Source of the DNA: an uncultured delta proteobacterium
GTDB taxonomy: Bacteria; Desulfobacterota; Binatia; Binatales; Binataceae
Assembly (NCBI GenBank): GCA_963765675.1
Contig: CAVXXK010000001.1
Location: 2,240,001 to 2,304,000 of the forward strand
Reading direction: 5' to 3'
Length of the DNA stretch: 64,000 nucleotides
The position numbers were made by a program, and so were the translations under genes. The notes beneath the pieces are model-generated. The model did no database searches, was not told the origin of the DNA, and saw only the letters and a program-made list of their open reading frames with translations. Position 1 is the stretch's first letter. Every line of letters begins with the position of its first letter. Below, one piece after another: positions 19,105-28,495 of the stretch.

Positions 19105-19569
19105 CTATCGACGCCTGCCAGTTCGTCCGGGTCCGCCAAACCATTCGATGCGTATGCGAAGCGCGGTAGCGGCTTTCGCGAATGTGTCATCGGCGGTGGC
19201 GACGGTATCCGCTCCGATATCGGTCGCGATCGCCAAATGAAGCGCGTCGAGCGTCCGGAGCGGGATTGAGGCGAGACGGATCAGAATATCGCCGGCGCCG
19301 ATGGCGTGCCGATCTTCGAGCGCATGTATCTCGAGGAATCCCTGCGCGATATCGCTTTCGAAGGCTCGTGCCACCCTGTGCTCCGCCGCGGCATCGATGT
19401 CCCGGTTCCGGCGGCGGCGTCCCAGCAGGCACCGCAGCTCGACCATCGTGAGACGGCTGATTGATACCGAGGTCAGGCGTCCCAGGAATCGGTCGAACTC
19501 TTCCGATCCTGCTTCGCGCAGATAGCGTTTGGCCAGAGCGCTGGTGTCGATATAGATGGCGCTGCTCAG
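19105..19569 (-). CDS. vapC: VapC/PIN-domain toxin (probable CTG start)
   Basis: IYIDTSALAKRY...ELR...LRTLDALHLA...ATADD PIN motifs extend 41 codons 5' of the tracked ORF, to a CTG overlapping the antitoxin TGA. Confidence 0.85.
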   Translation of the reverse strand: MSSAIYIDTSALAKRYLREAGSEEFDRFLGRLTSVSISRLTMVELRCLLGRRRRNRDIDAAAEHRVARAFESDIAQGFLEIHALEDRHAIGAGDILIRLASIPLRTLDALHLAIATDIGADTVATADDTFAKAATALRIRIEWFGGPGRTGRRR

Positions 19570-19793
19570 CGCCGTTCCCGATCCTGACGAATCAGCGTTT
19601 CACTGGGAACTTTCAATCGCGGCATCGACGCACGCAATTCGCCGCGCGAAGGGATGCCGCGCCGGGATCGCGCGGGCAGGATCCGGGCCAGGGGCCGTCC
19701 TCGGCGGGTGACGACGACCTCACCGGCCTCGGCAACGATCTCGTCAAGGTGCGGGAGCGCGGTCCTCATCTCCCTGATACTCAGTGTCTTCAC
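19566..19793 (-). CDS. Phd/YefM family antitoxin
   Basis: GTG start; KTLSIREMR...GEVVVTRRGRPLARILP; directly upstream of and overlapping the PIN toxin. Confidence 0.85.
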   Translation of the reverse strand: MKTLSIREMRTALPHLDEIVAEAGEVVVTRRGRPLARILPARSRRGIPSRGELRASMPRLKVPSETLIRQDRERR

Positions 19794-19810
19794 GCGATGC
19801 TCCAGCAATG

Positions 19811-19839
19811 GTGTCACATCTATATTTGATGTGTCACAT
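19811..19839. promoter_or_regulatory. Probable TA operator/promoter
   Basis: GTGTCACAT direct repeat (19811, 19831) and near-palindrome TGTCACATC-tatattt-GATGTGTCA, 18-46 nt upstream of the antitoxin start. Confidence 0.55.
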
Positions 19840-19896
19840 ACGCCGACTGCGCACAAGCGCTTAGGGGACCGCTTGGGCGTAATCTTTGGATGGGGC

Positions 19897-21132
19897 CTAC
19901 TTGCCGATCACGAACACGCAGCTCGTCGTACCGCTGCCGCCGATATTTAGCATCGCAAATTTCTTCGCGTCTTCGACCTGATACTCGCCCGCGCTGTCGG
20001 TGATCTGGCGATGACAATCCAGCATCTGGCGGACGCCTGTCGCGCCGACCGGATGCCCGGCGCCGATAAGGCCGCCGCTCGGATTGATCGGGCATTTGCC
20101 GCCGAGCTCGATCACGCCGCCCTCGACCGCTTTCCAGGACTCGCCCGGCTTGGTCAGTCCGAAGTGATCGATCGCCATGTATTCGGAGGTGGTGAAACAG
20201 TCGTGGGTCTCGATTCCCGAGAGCTGCTCGACGCCCGCGATTCCGGCGCGCTTGAACGCGTCGATTATCGCGGCGCGCGTATGCGGCAGCACGTAGGCAT
20301 TGTCCCTGCTCTCGGCGACCTTGGCGTCGAACTCGAGCGGGGCGGTGTGATGGCCCCATCCGAGGATGCGCGGAATATCGGAGAGCTGTTTGCCGTTGCG
20401 CTTGGCCCATGCCGCCGCGAATTTCTCCGAGGCGAGGAACACGGCCACCGAGCCGTCGGTCACCTGCGAGCAATCGCTGATCTTGATCCGTCCGCCGATA
20501 ACCGTGTTGAACTTCGATTCGTGCTGCGCGTGGCTCTCGCTCATGAACCAGTTGCGGGTCTGCGCGTTGGGGTTGCGCTTGGCGTTCGAGTAATTCACCG
20601 CCGAGATATGCGCGAGATGCTCGTCCTTCAGGCCGTAGCGCTTGTCGTATTCGTCGCCCAGGCGGCCGAAGAGTTTCGGAAACGGAAATTCAATTCCCTT
20701 GGCCTCGCGCTCGTACCATGCCGCCGTGCCAAGGTAGTCTCCGCCGGTGGTGGAATCGACGGTCTTCATCTGCTCGACGCCGGTCACGCAAGCGAGGTCG
20801 TAGCGGCCCGCCTCGATCTCCGCCGACGCGGCGATAATCGCGATCGAGCCCGAGGCGCACGCGGCCTCGTGGCGCGAGGTGGGAAGTCCGCTGAACGCCG
20901 GGTCGATTTCGACGAAGAACGCGCCGATATGGCCCTGTTTGGCATATAGCTCGGCCGCGAAATTTCCGACGTGCGCGGTCTCAACTTCTTTCGGATCGAT
21001 TTTGGTCGCGGCGAGTCCGCCGAGCACTGCCTCGCGCATCATCGCGACGAAATGCTTTCCTTCCTTGGACCAATTGCGGGCGAAGTCGGTCTGCGCTCCA
21101 CCCAGGATATAAATCGGCGCGGGTTTTGACAT
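19897..21132 (-). CDS. Acetyl-CoA acetyltransferase (SCP2-type thiolase)
   Basis: EAACASG, HDCF, NPSGGL...GHPVGATG, NIGG. Confidence 0.88.
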   Translation of the reverse strand: MSKPAPIYILGGAQTDFARNWSKEGKHFVAMMREAVLGGLAATKIDPKEVETAHVGNFAAELYAKQGHIGAFFVEIDPAFSGLPTSRHEAACASGSIAIIAASAEIEAGRYDLACVTGVEQMKTVDSTTGGDYLGTAAWYEREAKGIEFPFPKLFGRLGDEYDKRYGLKDEHLAHISAVNYSNAKRNPNAQTRNWFMSESHAQHESKFNTVIGGRIKISDCSQVTDGSVAVFLASEKFAAAWAKRNGKQLSDIPRILGWGHHTAPLEFDAKVAESRDNAYVLPHTRAAIIDAFKRAGIAGVEQLSGIETHDCFTTSEYMAIDHFGLTKPGESWKAVEGGVIELGGKCPINPSGGLIGAGHPVGATGVRQMLDCHRQITDSAGEYQVEDAKKFAMLNIGGSGTTSCVFVIGK

Positions 21133-21145
21133 TTTTTCCTCGTCT

Positions 21146-22432
21146 TTATCCGACAAAAGCGCGGCCATATTCGAGCAGGCCGCCTGAAAACATCTTAGCA
21201 CCGTCGCGCGCCGCATGCTCCAGCACCGGCGGGACGGTGAGCTTAAGTCCGTTCAGCAATGCGATCGTCTCGCGCGCGCCGATCAGATCGACGATCGCGG
21301 TCGGCGGCGCCCAGTTGAAGCCGTTGCTCATGATCGAATCGACGTCCGCGGCCGACGCGGCAACCTCGCCGACGCGATTCAGCCCATAGCTCACGTAGCC
21401 GAGGACCACGCGCCGGCAGAGGTCGGCGTCGGAGCCGCGAGCTTCGCGCAGCACCGCCATCGCCTCGCGGTAGCGGCCGACGTGATTGAGCGATTTCATT
21501 TTTTCGACGAACTCGATCCGCGCGGGAGGCGCCAGAGGCTCGTGCGAGCCGGTTGTCGGATCGAGCACCAGCGTCTCCTTGCCCGCCTTGCGGTAGAAGC
21601 CTCCCCGCTCGGGAGTCTTGTCGCCGAGCCTGCCCTCGCCGATTCCTTTATCCATGAACGCGGGCAGCGCAAAGCATCGATGCGCTTCGTCCTCGCAGTT
21701 CTGGTGCACGTTATCGACGATCGCCTTGTGGACGTCCCATCCGACCAGATCGACCGTGGCCAGCGGCGCCATCGCGCGCCCGGTCTGCGGACCGACCAGG
21801 TAATCCATGTACGCGACGCCATGCTCGGCGGCGAGTTGCGCAACCTCGTTCAGCACTTTGAAGCCGACTCGATTGCCGACGAACGCCGGGCGATCCTTGG
21901 TGACGATCACCTTGCGCCCGAGGCGATGGGTCAGCATCGCGATGACTGCCTTGAGCATCGCGGAGTCCGTTTCCGCGCCGGGGATAACCTCGGTGCCGAC
22001 GATCACGTGCGGCGGGTTGAACAGATGCACGCCCAGGAAATGCTTGCGGAACGAGTCGCTGCGGCCCTTGGACATTTCCGCGATCGAGAGGCCCGACGAA
22101 CCGGTGGCGATAATCGCGCCGGGGGTGCGGAAGCGATCGACCAGTTCGAAAAAGTGGCGCTTCAGCGCGAGATCCTCGGCCAGCGATTCGAACACGAAGC
22201 CCGCTTCGCGGACTGTGCGCTCGAGGTCGGCGTCGTAGCTGCCGAGTTTGATCCGATCGGCGATGGCCTCGGCGCGCGCCGCGTTCTGCACGGCCTTCAT
22301 CCCGGCTTCGGCCTTGTCGCGCCCGCGCGCGAGCATCGTCACTTCAAAGCCCGCGCCGGCAAAGACACCGGCCGCGCCGGCGCCCATGGTGCCATTGGCG
22401 CCCAGAATCGCAACCTTCATATTCTCGCTCAA
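21146..22432 (-). CDS. 3-hydroxyacyl-CoA dehydrogenase family protein
   Basis: LGANGTMG Rossmann motif, E.L.E...K, SSGLS, HLFNPP, FVGNR, DLVGWD. Confidence 0.88.
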   Translation of the reverse strand: MSENMKVAILGANGTMGAGAAGVFAGAGFEVTMLARGRDKAEAGMKAVQNAARAEAIADRIKLGSYDADLERTVREAGFVFESLAEDLALKRHFFELVDRFRTPGAIIATGSSGLSIAEMSKGRSDSFRKHFLGVHLFNPPHVIVGTEVIPGAETDSAMLKAVIAMLTHRLGRKVIVTKDRPAFVGNRVGFKVLNEVAQLAAEHGVAYMDYLVGPQTGRAMAPLATVDLVGWDVHKAIVDNVHQNCEDEAHRCFALPAFMDKGIGEGRLGDKTPERGGFYRKAGKETLVLDPTTGSHEPLAPPARIEFVEKMKSLNHVGRYREAMAVLREARGSDADLCRRVVLGYVSYGLNRVGEVAASAADVDSIMSNGFNWAPPTAIVDLIGARETIALLNGLKLTVPPVLEHAARDGAKMFSGGLLEYGRAFVG

Positions 22433-22571
22433 TCAGATTCCCCGTTCCCCGGAATTTTCTCTCTCGCGGCGAACGCCACGGCGATGCGTGCGCGCATTGC
22501 TCCTCAAGCCGCCGACGATGTTATCCGAAGGGCAATTCCCACGCCACTAAGGATTTTTGCGCCGCGGACAT

Positions 22572-23243
22572 TCAATCGTCGTCAGGCGTCAGCACGATAC
22601 GCACGCCGTTCACGGAGCTTGGAATCTCGTCGCGAGCTTGGGAAAGAAGGTCTCTCTGGACGGTTATTTCGATCGTCTTGAAGTCGCAGCCGTTGGAGGC
22701 GCACTTCGGTCCCATCCCAAGCACTCCCGGCAGATCATCCCAGCCCTCGCCGTAATGATGGAGAACCAGATTGTACGATTTTTGGGCCCGCGCTTGCTCG
22801 TCCTGCTTCCGGGCGCGGCGAGCGACTTCCTCGGGATCAGGTTGCGTCGCATTGTATGAGAAGTGTCCAACGGCGCCTCCAGCCTCGGGCGTCTTGCCTG
22901 GAACAACCACGACAGGAATTCCGTCCGCGGACGCGGGAATCCGCTTTCTCACGGAGTCCACAGACGCGAACGCGGGGTCCACATGAACCGCGATACTTGG
23001 GACGCGATTGTGATAGGTGTCGCCGTCATCGACCTCGTACACGCCGTCCAGCTTTATCCACTGGTCCTGGTATTTCTCGATCACCGCGGACACTGCGGGA
23101 TCGTCGTCGTCGTCGGTACACGGATGGCTAAGCCTGGTTCCGGGCCCGTCGCCGCACCACATATCGGCGCGCGATTGCTGCGCTGCCAACAGCAAAATTG
23201 TTGGAAGGAGAAGAATCGCAAGGCGCGACGCGAGCGACTTCAT
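22572..23243 (-). CDS. Secreted hypothetical protein with two tandem ~60 aa domains
   Basis: Signal peptide (..SRA|D); internal repeat Y...W..L.GV...I.V.V...R..IP.S..G..VV..P. Confidence 0.7.
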   Translation of the reverse strand: MKSLASRLAILLLPTILLLAAQQSRADMWCGDGPGTRLSHPCTDDDDDPAVSAVIEKYQDQWIKLDGVYEVDDGDTYHNRVPSIAVHVDPAFASVDSVRKRIPASADGIPVVVVPGKTPEAGGAVGHFSYNATQPDPEEVARRARKQDEQARAQKSYNLVLHHYGEGWDDLPGVLGMGPKCASNGCDFKTIEITVQRDLLSQARDEIPSSVNGVRIVLTPDDD

Positions 23244-23338
23244 GGCAATATGAGAATCACACAGTTTACGTACTTGAAAGAGGCACCCCGTTCCTTCAAT
23301 CCTCCCCAGTGTCAGACAACCGGCGAGGAATCAGAAAA

Positions 23339-23674
23339 TCAAAACTTCAACTCTTGCTTTAAGAATTCTTTTACGCCTTCGCGGCCGGTCAGGTTGATCC
23401 AGAAATCAAGCCCTTCCGGATCCAGCGTCAGTTCCAGGAACGAGCAGCACTTACCCTCCAGCAGCATCCATTCGCCGGCTTCTGCGATGCCGATCTTTGC
23501 GCTCGCGACCTTGAGCGCGTAGCCGCGATCGAGCTCGCGCCGCTCGAGGATCGCGCCCGCCAGCTTTTTCGCCAGCGCCTGATGACGCCGCTTCTGCTCT
23601 GGCGTGAAGACGCCCAGATTACACGCGATCGGCGCGTCATGGTCGGCGCCATGATGATGATGCTCATGTCCCAC
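23339..23674 (-). CDS. Small His/Cys-rich hypothetical protein (putative metal-binding)
   Basis: MGHEHHHHG, PIACNL, E.KCCSFL; GGAGG RBS. Confidence 0.7.
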   Translation of the reverse strand: MGHEHHHHGADHDAPIACNLGVFTPEQKRRHQALAKKLAGAILERRELDRGYALKVASAKIGIAEAGEWMLLEGKCCSFLELTLDPEGLDFWINLTGREGVKEFLKQELKF

Positions 23675-23707
23675 GTCATACCTCCGCCGCGATTGTACGG
23701 CGCTAAT

Positions 23708-25228
23708 TTACGGCTCGCGCCATGCGCGGCCGGGCTCGCTGATCAGATTTTCAGCTGCCCGCGGTCCCCAACTGCCCGCGGGATACTCCTCGATCGGCAC
23801 ACGGTCGCCGTCGCTCCACGCGTCCAGGATTCCCTGCATCAGCTCCCACGACTTCTGCACGTACTCGCCGCTGGGAAACAGCGTATGGTCGCCGTCCATC
23901 ACGTCGAGCAGCAGGCGCTCGTAAGCGTCGGGAGAGCTTTCGCCACCGAATTCGCTTTCGTAGCTGAGGTTCATCCTGACCGGCTTGATCGCGACATCGA
24001 GGCCCGGCTGCTTGGAAACCACGTCGAAGGAAAAGCCTTCGTCGGGTTGAAGCCGGACGGTCAGACGATTCGGCGTGAGCAATCCCTCGCGATTGAACAG
24101 GATCTGTGGCACGTCCTTGAAACGCACGATAATCGAGCTCGCGCGCCGCGGCAGGCGCTTGCCGGTGCGCAGATAAAATGGAACGCCGGACCAGCGCCAG
24201 TTGTCGATCAGCAGTTTCAGCGCGACGAAGGTCTCGGTGCGCGAGTCGCGGGCGACGCCTTTTTCCTCCAGGTAGCCGGGCACCGCTTTGCCCTCGATCG
24301 TGCCCGCCGTGTAGCGCCCCCGCACCGTCATCGCGCGCGCCTCGGCGGAACGGATCGGGCGAATCGCGCGCAGCACGTTGAGCTTGGCCTCGCGGATCGC
24401 CGCCGCGCCGAGCGTCACCGGCGCCTCCATCGTGAGCATCGTGAGTACTTGCAGAATATGGTTCTGCACCATGTCGCGCAGCGCGCCCGAATGATCGTAG
24501 TAGCCGGCGCGGGTGCCGACGCCCTCAGTCTCGGCGACCGTGATTTGCACGTGATCGACGTTGCGGCTGCCCCACAGGCGCTCGAAGATCGAATTGGCAA
24601 AGCGCAGCACCATCAGATTCTGCACCGTCTCTTTGCCGAGATAATGATCGATCCGGAAAACCTGCGACTCGTCCAGATGCTTCAGCAGGACGCGATTTAT
24701 TTCGAGCGCGCTTGGAAGGTCGTGGCCAATAGGCTTCTCGACCACCACGCGGCTGAAGTGCGGCGCGTCGGGCTTTGCGATAAGCCCCGCATCGGCGAGG
24801 CGCGCGATCGAGTCGCCGACCGCCTCGGGCGGAATCGACAGATAGAACACGCGGTTGGGCGGCAACCCGCGCGCTTTCGCGATCTGCTCCAGGCGCTCGC
24901 GAAGCTGCTTCATTGCGTCGGGCGCGGCGAGCGCGCCCAGATAGTCGAGCGAGTCGGAGAATTTCGTCCAGCACTCATCCTCGACCTTGAGCCGCGAGTA
25001 CTTCTGCACCGCTTCGCGAGAGGATTTGCGGAACTCCTCCTGCGACATCTGGGTGCGCGCGAAGCCCAGGATCGCGCTGTTTGGCGGCATCATCCCGCCG
25101 CCGCAATGCACCAGGTTGTAGAGCGCGGGCAGGAGCTTGCGCCGCGCGAGATCGCCCGAGGCGCCGAAAATCACAATCGTCGAAGGCGGCGTCGGACGCG
25201 TGCGTTGGACGGTGAGGATCTCATCCAT
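23708..25228 (-). CDS. zwf: Glucose-6-phosphate dehydrogenase
   Basis: IFGASGDLARRKL, VEKP.G, RIDHYLGKE, RDMVQNH, LRTGK. Confidence 0.97.
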   Translation of the reverse strand: MDEILTVQRTRPTPPSTIVIFGASGDLARRKLLPALYNLVHCGGGMMPPNSAILGFARTQMSQEEFRKSSREAVQKYSRLKVEDECWTKFSDSLDYLGALAAPDAMKQLRERLEQIAKARGLPPNRVFYLSIPPEAVGDSIARLADAGLIAKPDAPHFSRVVVEKPIGHDLPSALEINRVLLKHLDESQVFRIDHYLGKETVQNLMVLRFANSIFERLWGSRNVDHVQITVAETEGVGTRAGYYDHSGALRDMVQNHILQVLTMLTMEAPVTLGAAAIREAKLNVLRAIRPIRSAEARAMTVRGRYTAGTIEGKAVPGYLEEKGVARDSRTETFVALKLLIDNWRWSGVPFYLRTGKRLPRRASSIIVRFKDVPQILFNREGLLTPNRLTVRLQPDEGFSFDVVSKQPGLDVAIKPVRMNLSYESEFGGESSPDAYERLLLDVMDGDHTLFPSGEYVQKSWELMQGILDAWSDGDRVPIEEYPAGSWGPRAAENLISEPGRAWREP

Positions 25229-25378
25229 GAAAAGACTCTACCGCAGGCGGCCTCGCGAGGCGCTAGCTGGATTGGCCGAATCCTGCTTGATATTCAATAG
25301 ATACCTGCCGCGAATGAAACCGCTATTTCATTACACCGGGACTTTAACCGCGCCGCCGCGAATTTCGGAAGTACCGCG

Positions 25379-25819
25379 ATGAACGGAGATTCTGCCGCCG
25401 CTCCCGCCGCGATACCTTCACGTCTTTCCGAGTGGCTCCCGGTCGTGCTGTGGGGCGCGGTGATGTTCACGCTTTCGACCTCCGCCTTTTCGGCGGCAAA
25501 CACCGGCCGCATCGTCGATCCGATTTTGCTTTGGCTGATCCCCGGGATCTCGCCGACGTCGCTCAATGTCGCGCACGCGCTGATTCGCAAGTGCGCACAT
25601 TTCACCGAATACGCAGTTTTGTATTGGCTGCTGGCGCATGGTCCTTTGATCGGCCGCCCATACCTGGCGCTCGCGATATGCGTCGCGTGGGCGTTTCTGG
25701 ACGAGGGGCACCAGATCTTCGTGCCGGGGCGCACGGCCTCGCTCTATGACGTCGCGCTGGATTCGACCGGCGCGGTCTTCTGCGGATTTCTGACCGCGGC
25801 GGTGAACGAGATTCGCTGA
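25379..25819 (+). CDS. VanZ family membrane protein
   Basis: RKCAHFTEY, DEGHQIFVPGR, DVALD.TG. Confidence 0.88.
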   Translation: MNGDSAAAPAAIPSRLSEWLPVVLWGAVMFTLSTSAFSAANTGRIVDPILLWLIPGISPTSLNVAHALIRKCAHFTEYAVLYWLLAHGPLIGRPYLALAICVAWAFLDEGHQIFVPGRTASLYDVALDSTGAVFCGFLTAAVNEIR

Positions 25820-25840
25820 GTGAGAGTTCAGTAGCACCCG

Positions 25841-26506
25841 CTAGACGGGTTCGGGCGCCGATGAGATTCGATCCATCCGGCCGTAGAACGCTCGCAGATT
25901 GCTGAGCTGCGCGGGGAGCTTGAGCTCACCCCGGAATGCAAAATAACTGAGCTGGCCGTATAACGCGAAATCGGCCAAGCCGATCCGGCCGAACAGAAAT
26001 GGGCGTTCGCCGAGAGCCTCTTCAAACGGCGCGAGTGCCTCGCATGCGCGCGTCATCTCGAACGCGTGATCTGAGATCATCCGATCGACGAAGCCCGCAC
26101 CGTACTTGCGCTCTCGGATCAACCGCCAGAGCGCGGCGCGATCGTTGCCGCGCTCGCGCCAGTATGCCAGCTCGTCGGGAATCGCGGCGCGGAACAGCGC
26201 GTCCTCGAGTTGATTATCGATATAGTCGGCGAGTATCCGATGCATCCCGCGCCATCCCGTGGGCAGCAAGGTTGGCTCCGGCTGTAGCTCTTCGAGCCGC
26301 GAAGCGATTCGCGCGGAATCGACGATCGTCTCGCCGCCCTCGAGCGTGAGTGCCGGCACCATCAACTGGCCTGACGCGGCGAGCAGTTCTTTGCGTTCGA
26401 GATAATCGACCTCGATGATCTCGTAGTCGATTCCTTTGAAATCCAGGATCTTGCGCACCTTGGCGCAGTACGGACTGCCCGCGAACTGGTAGAGCGTTGC
26501 CGTCAT
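25841..26506 (-). CDS. Glutathione S-transferase family protein
   Basis: LYQFAGSPYCAKVR, VPAL, DSARI, ADFALYG; ATG at 26506. Confidence 0.88.
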   Translation of the reverse strand: MTATLYQFAGSPYCAKVRKILDFKGIDYEIIEVDYLERKELLAASGQLMVPALTLEGGETIVDSARIASRLEELQPEPTLLPTGWRGMHRILADYIDNQLEDALFRAAIPDELAYWRERGNDRAALWRLIRERKYGAGFVDRMISDHAFEMTRACEALAPFEEALGERPFLFGRIGLADFALYGQLSYFAFRGELKLPAQLSNLRAFYGRMDRISSAPEPV

Positions 26507-26585
26507 CTTGATTCGCTCCGCATCGAGTTGGCCATTGTCGACGAGTGTTTTGCGTAAATCATTGCGCGAGTCCGCTTTCACGACT

Positions 26586-26765
26586 GGCGAGATTCCTCGC
26601 GGCGCGCGCTGTGCGAATTGGCACGCACGCCGCGAAATTGGCGGTACATTCGCGCTCGGAATGACACGTTCTCGTGGTTTTGTATCATTTCCAAATCGCT
26701 GCCGAATGGTGTCATTCCGAGCGCGAGCAGCCGATGCGTATCGCGCGATCGCGAGGAATCTCGCC
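26586..26765. repeat. Inverted pair of GTCATTCCG...GAGGAATCTC REP-like elements
   Basis: Perfect 18 bp IR (26650-26667/26709-26726) and 16 bp IR (26586-26601/26750-26765). Confidence 0.8.
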
Positions 26766-26811
26766 CTTGGCACTCTCACACTCTTTGAAGCTCGAGGTTA
26801 CCACGCGCGCG

Positions 26812-27285
26812 TCAGAATGCGCAGATGCGGAGGATTGTGTCGAGGTCAATTTCGTCGAAAGAGAGATGCACGAAGTCCGCCGCGGCGAGCGCGTCCGGGG
26901 CGCGGGTATGCGCAAGCGCAAGGACGTACATCCCGGCGCGATGAGCCGCTTCGATTCCCACAGTCGAATCCTCGACCACCAGGCATTGCGAAGGTTCGAC
27001 CGGGTCACGCTGGCGGAGCAGAAATCCGATTCGGCCGAGAGCCGCGACAAACAGGTCGGGAGCGGGCTTGGCCCGCTCCGCGTCCTCGGCGCCGAGCACG
27101 TCGAGAAACGCATCGCGTAGATTCACGCGGCGCAGTCGATTCTCGGCGTAGCGCCGCGGCGCTCCGGTCGCGAGCATCAGCGGGAAACGCTCGGCGCATT
27201 TCCGCACGAACTCTGCGGCGCCGCGATAGAGCCGGTCGCCGTCGAGCAGGGTGCCTTCGAGGTCGAAAATGATCGCGCGGATCAT
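26812..27285 (-). CDS. HAD-family phosphatase (short, apparently capless)
   Basis: IIFDLEGTL, ATG (motif II Thr), KPAPD, VEDSTVGI. Confidence 0.8.
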   Translation of the reverse strand: MIRAIIFDLEGTLLDGDRLYRGAAEFVRKCAERFPLMLATGAPRRYAENRLRRVNLRDAFLDVLGAEDAERAKPAPDLFVAALGRIGFLLRQRDPVEPSQCLVVEDSTVGIEAAHRAGMYVLALAHTRAPDALAAADFVHLSFDEIDLDTILRICAF

Positions 27286-27289
27286 TTTC

Positions 27290-28495
27290 TTAAGTTTCGC
27301 GAGCGCCGCGCGCCATGATCGGCACGATTGCGCGTTGCGGCGCGGGCGCGGAGATCTCCGCGCGGCTCGACTCGATCGTCATGTCGAGCTCGCTGCGGAC
27401 GCCGAAGTGCCCCGGCAGATAGATTCCCGGCTCGACCGAGAAACAGGTACGATCCATGAGGCGGCGGTCGTCATCGGTTTCGAGCGAATCGAGATTGGCG
27501 CCCATCCCGTGAACCTCGCGGCCGATCGAATGGCCGGTGCGATGCACGAATTCGGTGCCGAATCCGGCATGCTCGATCACGCCGCGCGCCGCGCGATCAG
27601 CCTCGCGCCCGGTAAGCGGTATCTCGGCCGCGATGCGCGATTTCACCAGCTCGACGGCGGCGTCGCGCGCGGCGCGGACAATCGCGAAGATCTCCGCGTG
27701 ATAGTCCGGCGCCGCTTCGCCGACAACACCGGTCCACGTGATATCGGCGTAAACAGAGTCAGCGCCCGGCTCCTTTGCCCACACGTCGAGCAGAACAAAA
27801 TCTCCGCGGCCCATGGACGCGGAATCTCGCTCTGCGGTACCGAAATGCGGATCGGCGCTATGCGCGTTGACAGCGACGATCGGTGGCTCGCGCGTGATGA
27901 GCCCCGCCCGCTCGATTCGCTCGAGCATGAATTGCTGGATTGAATACTCGGTCGCGGACTTGTCTGCCGCGACGCGGCGCGCAATTTCGGCGAAGGTCTG
28001 CTCCACGACGGCACCGAGCGCAACGCCAGCCCGGCGATGGCCTTCCATCTGGGCGGGGCTGAGCGTCGCTTCGAATTCCTGGATCAGGTCGGCGGCTGAG
28101 ACTATTTCGATACCGAGCGAGCGGACCAGCTCGATCGTGCCCGCATCGACGCGCGACACATACGGAATCGCGCCGCGCGGCGAATAGTTCATCGCGACGC
28201 GCCGCGCGCCGGTGAGGATCGTGCTCAATCCTGCGAGCAGCTCGGCGCCCGATTGATAGACGACGCGCTCGACGCCGAGCGAATCAAGGCGATGCGCCTC
28301 TACCGCCGAGACGAGCGCGCGCGCCTGGCCGCGCGCCGGCACGTAGCAGAACCATCGCCGGGTCGTCGTGCCGTGTTCGGAGAGCCCGAGGACGCGGTAG
28401 GCGATCGGATCGCTCAGGCGAAAATCGTAGAAGAGCCAGCCGTCGAGGCCGGCGGATACCAGCGCGCGGGAAATTTCCGTCAACCGCTCCTTCAT
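27290..28495 (-). CDS. M24 family (Xaa-Pro) metallopeptidase
   Basis: LLDVWA, ADITWT, HRTGHSIG, FSVEPGIY, GVRSE. Confidence 0.9.
   Translation of the reverse strand: MKERLTEISRALVSAGLDGWLFYDFRLSDPIAYRVLGLSEHGTTTRRWFCYVPARGQARALVSAVEAHRLDSLGVERVVYQSGAELLAGLSTILTGARRVAMNYSPRGAIPYVSRVDAGTIELVRSLGIEIVSAADLIQEFEATLSPAQMEGHRRAGVALGAVVEQTFAEIARRVAADKSATEYSIQQFMLERIERAGLITREPPIVAVNAHSADPHFGTAERDSASMGRGDFVLLDVWAKEPGADSVYADITWTGVVGEAAPDYHAEIFAIVRAARDAAVELVKSRIAAEIPLTGREADRAARGVIEHAGFGTEFVHRTGHSIGREVHGMGANLDSLETDDDRRLMDRTCFSVEPGIYLPGHFGVRSELDMTIESSRAEISAPAPQRAIVPIMARGARET

Noticed and set aside
21215-25300. Long plus-strand ORFs 21215-22681 and 23582-25300
   Set aside because: Antisense to HADH and zwf, which have clear family motifs.
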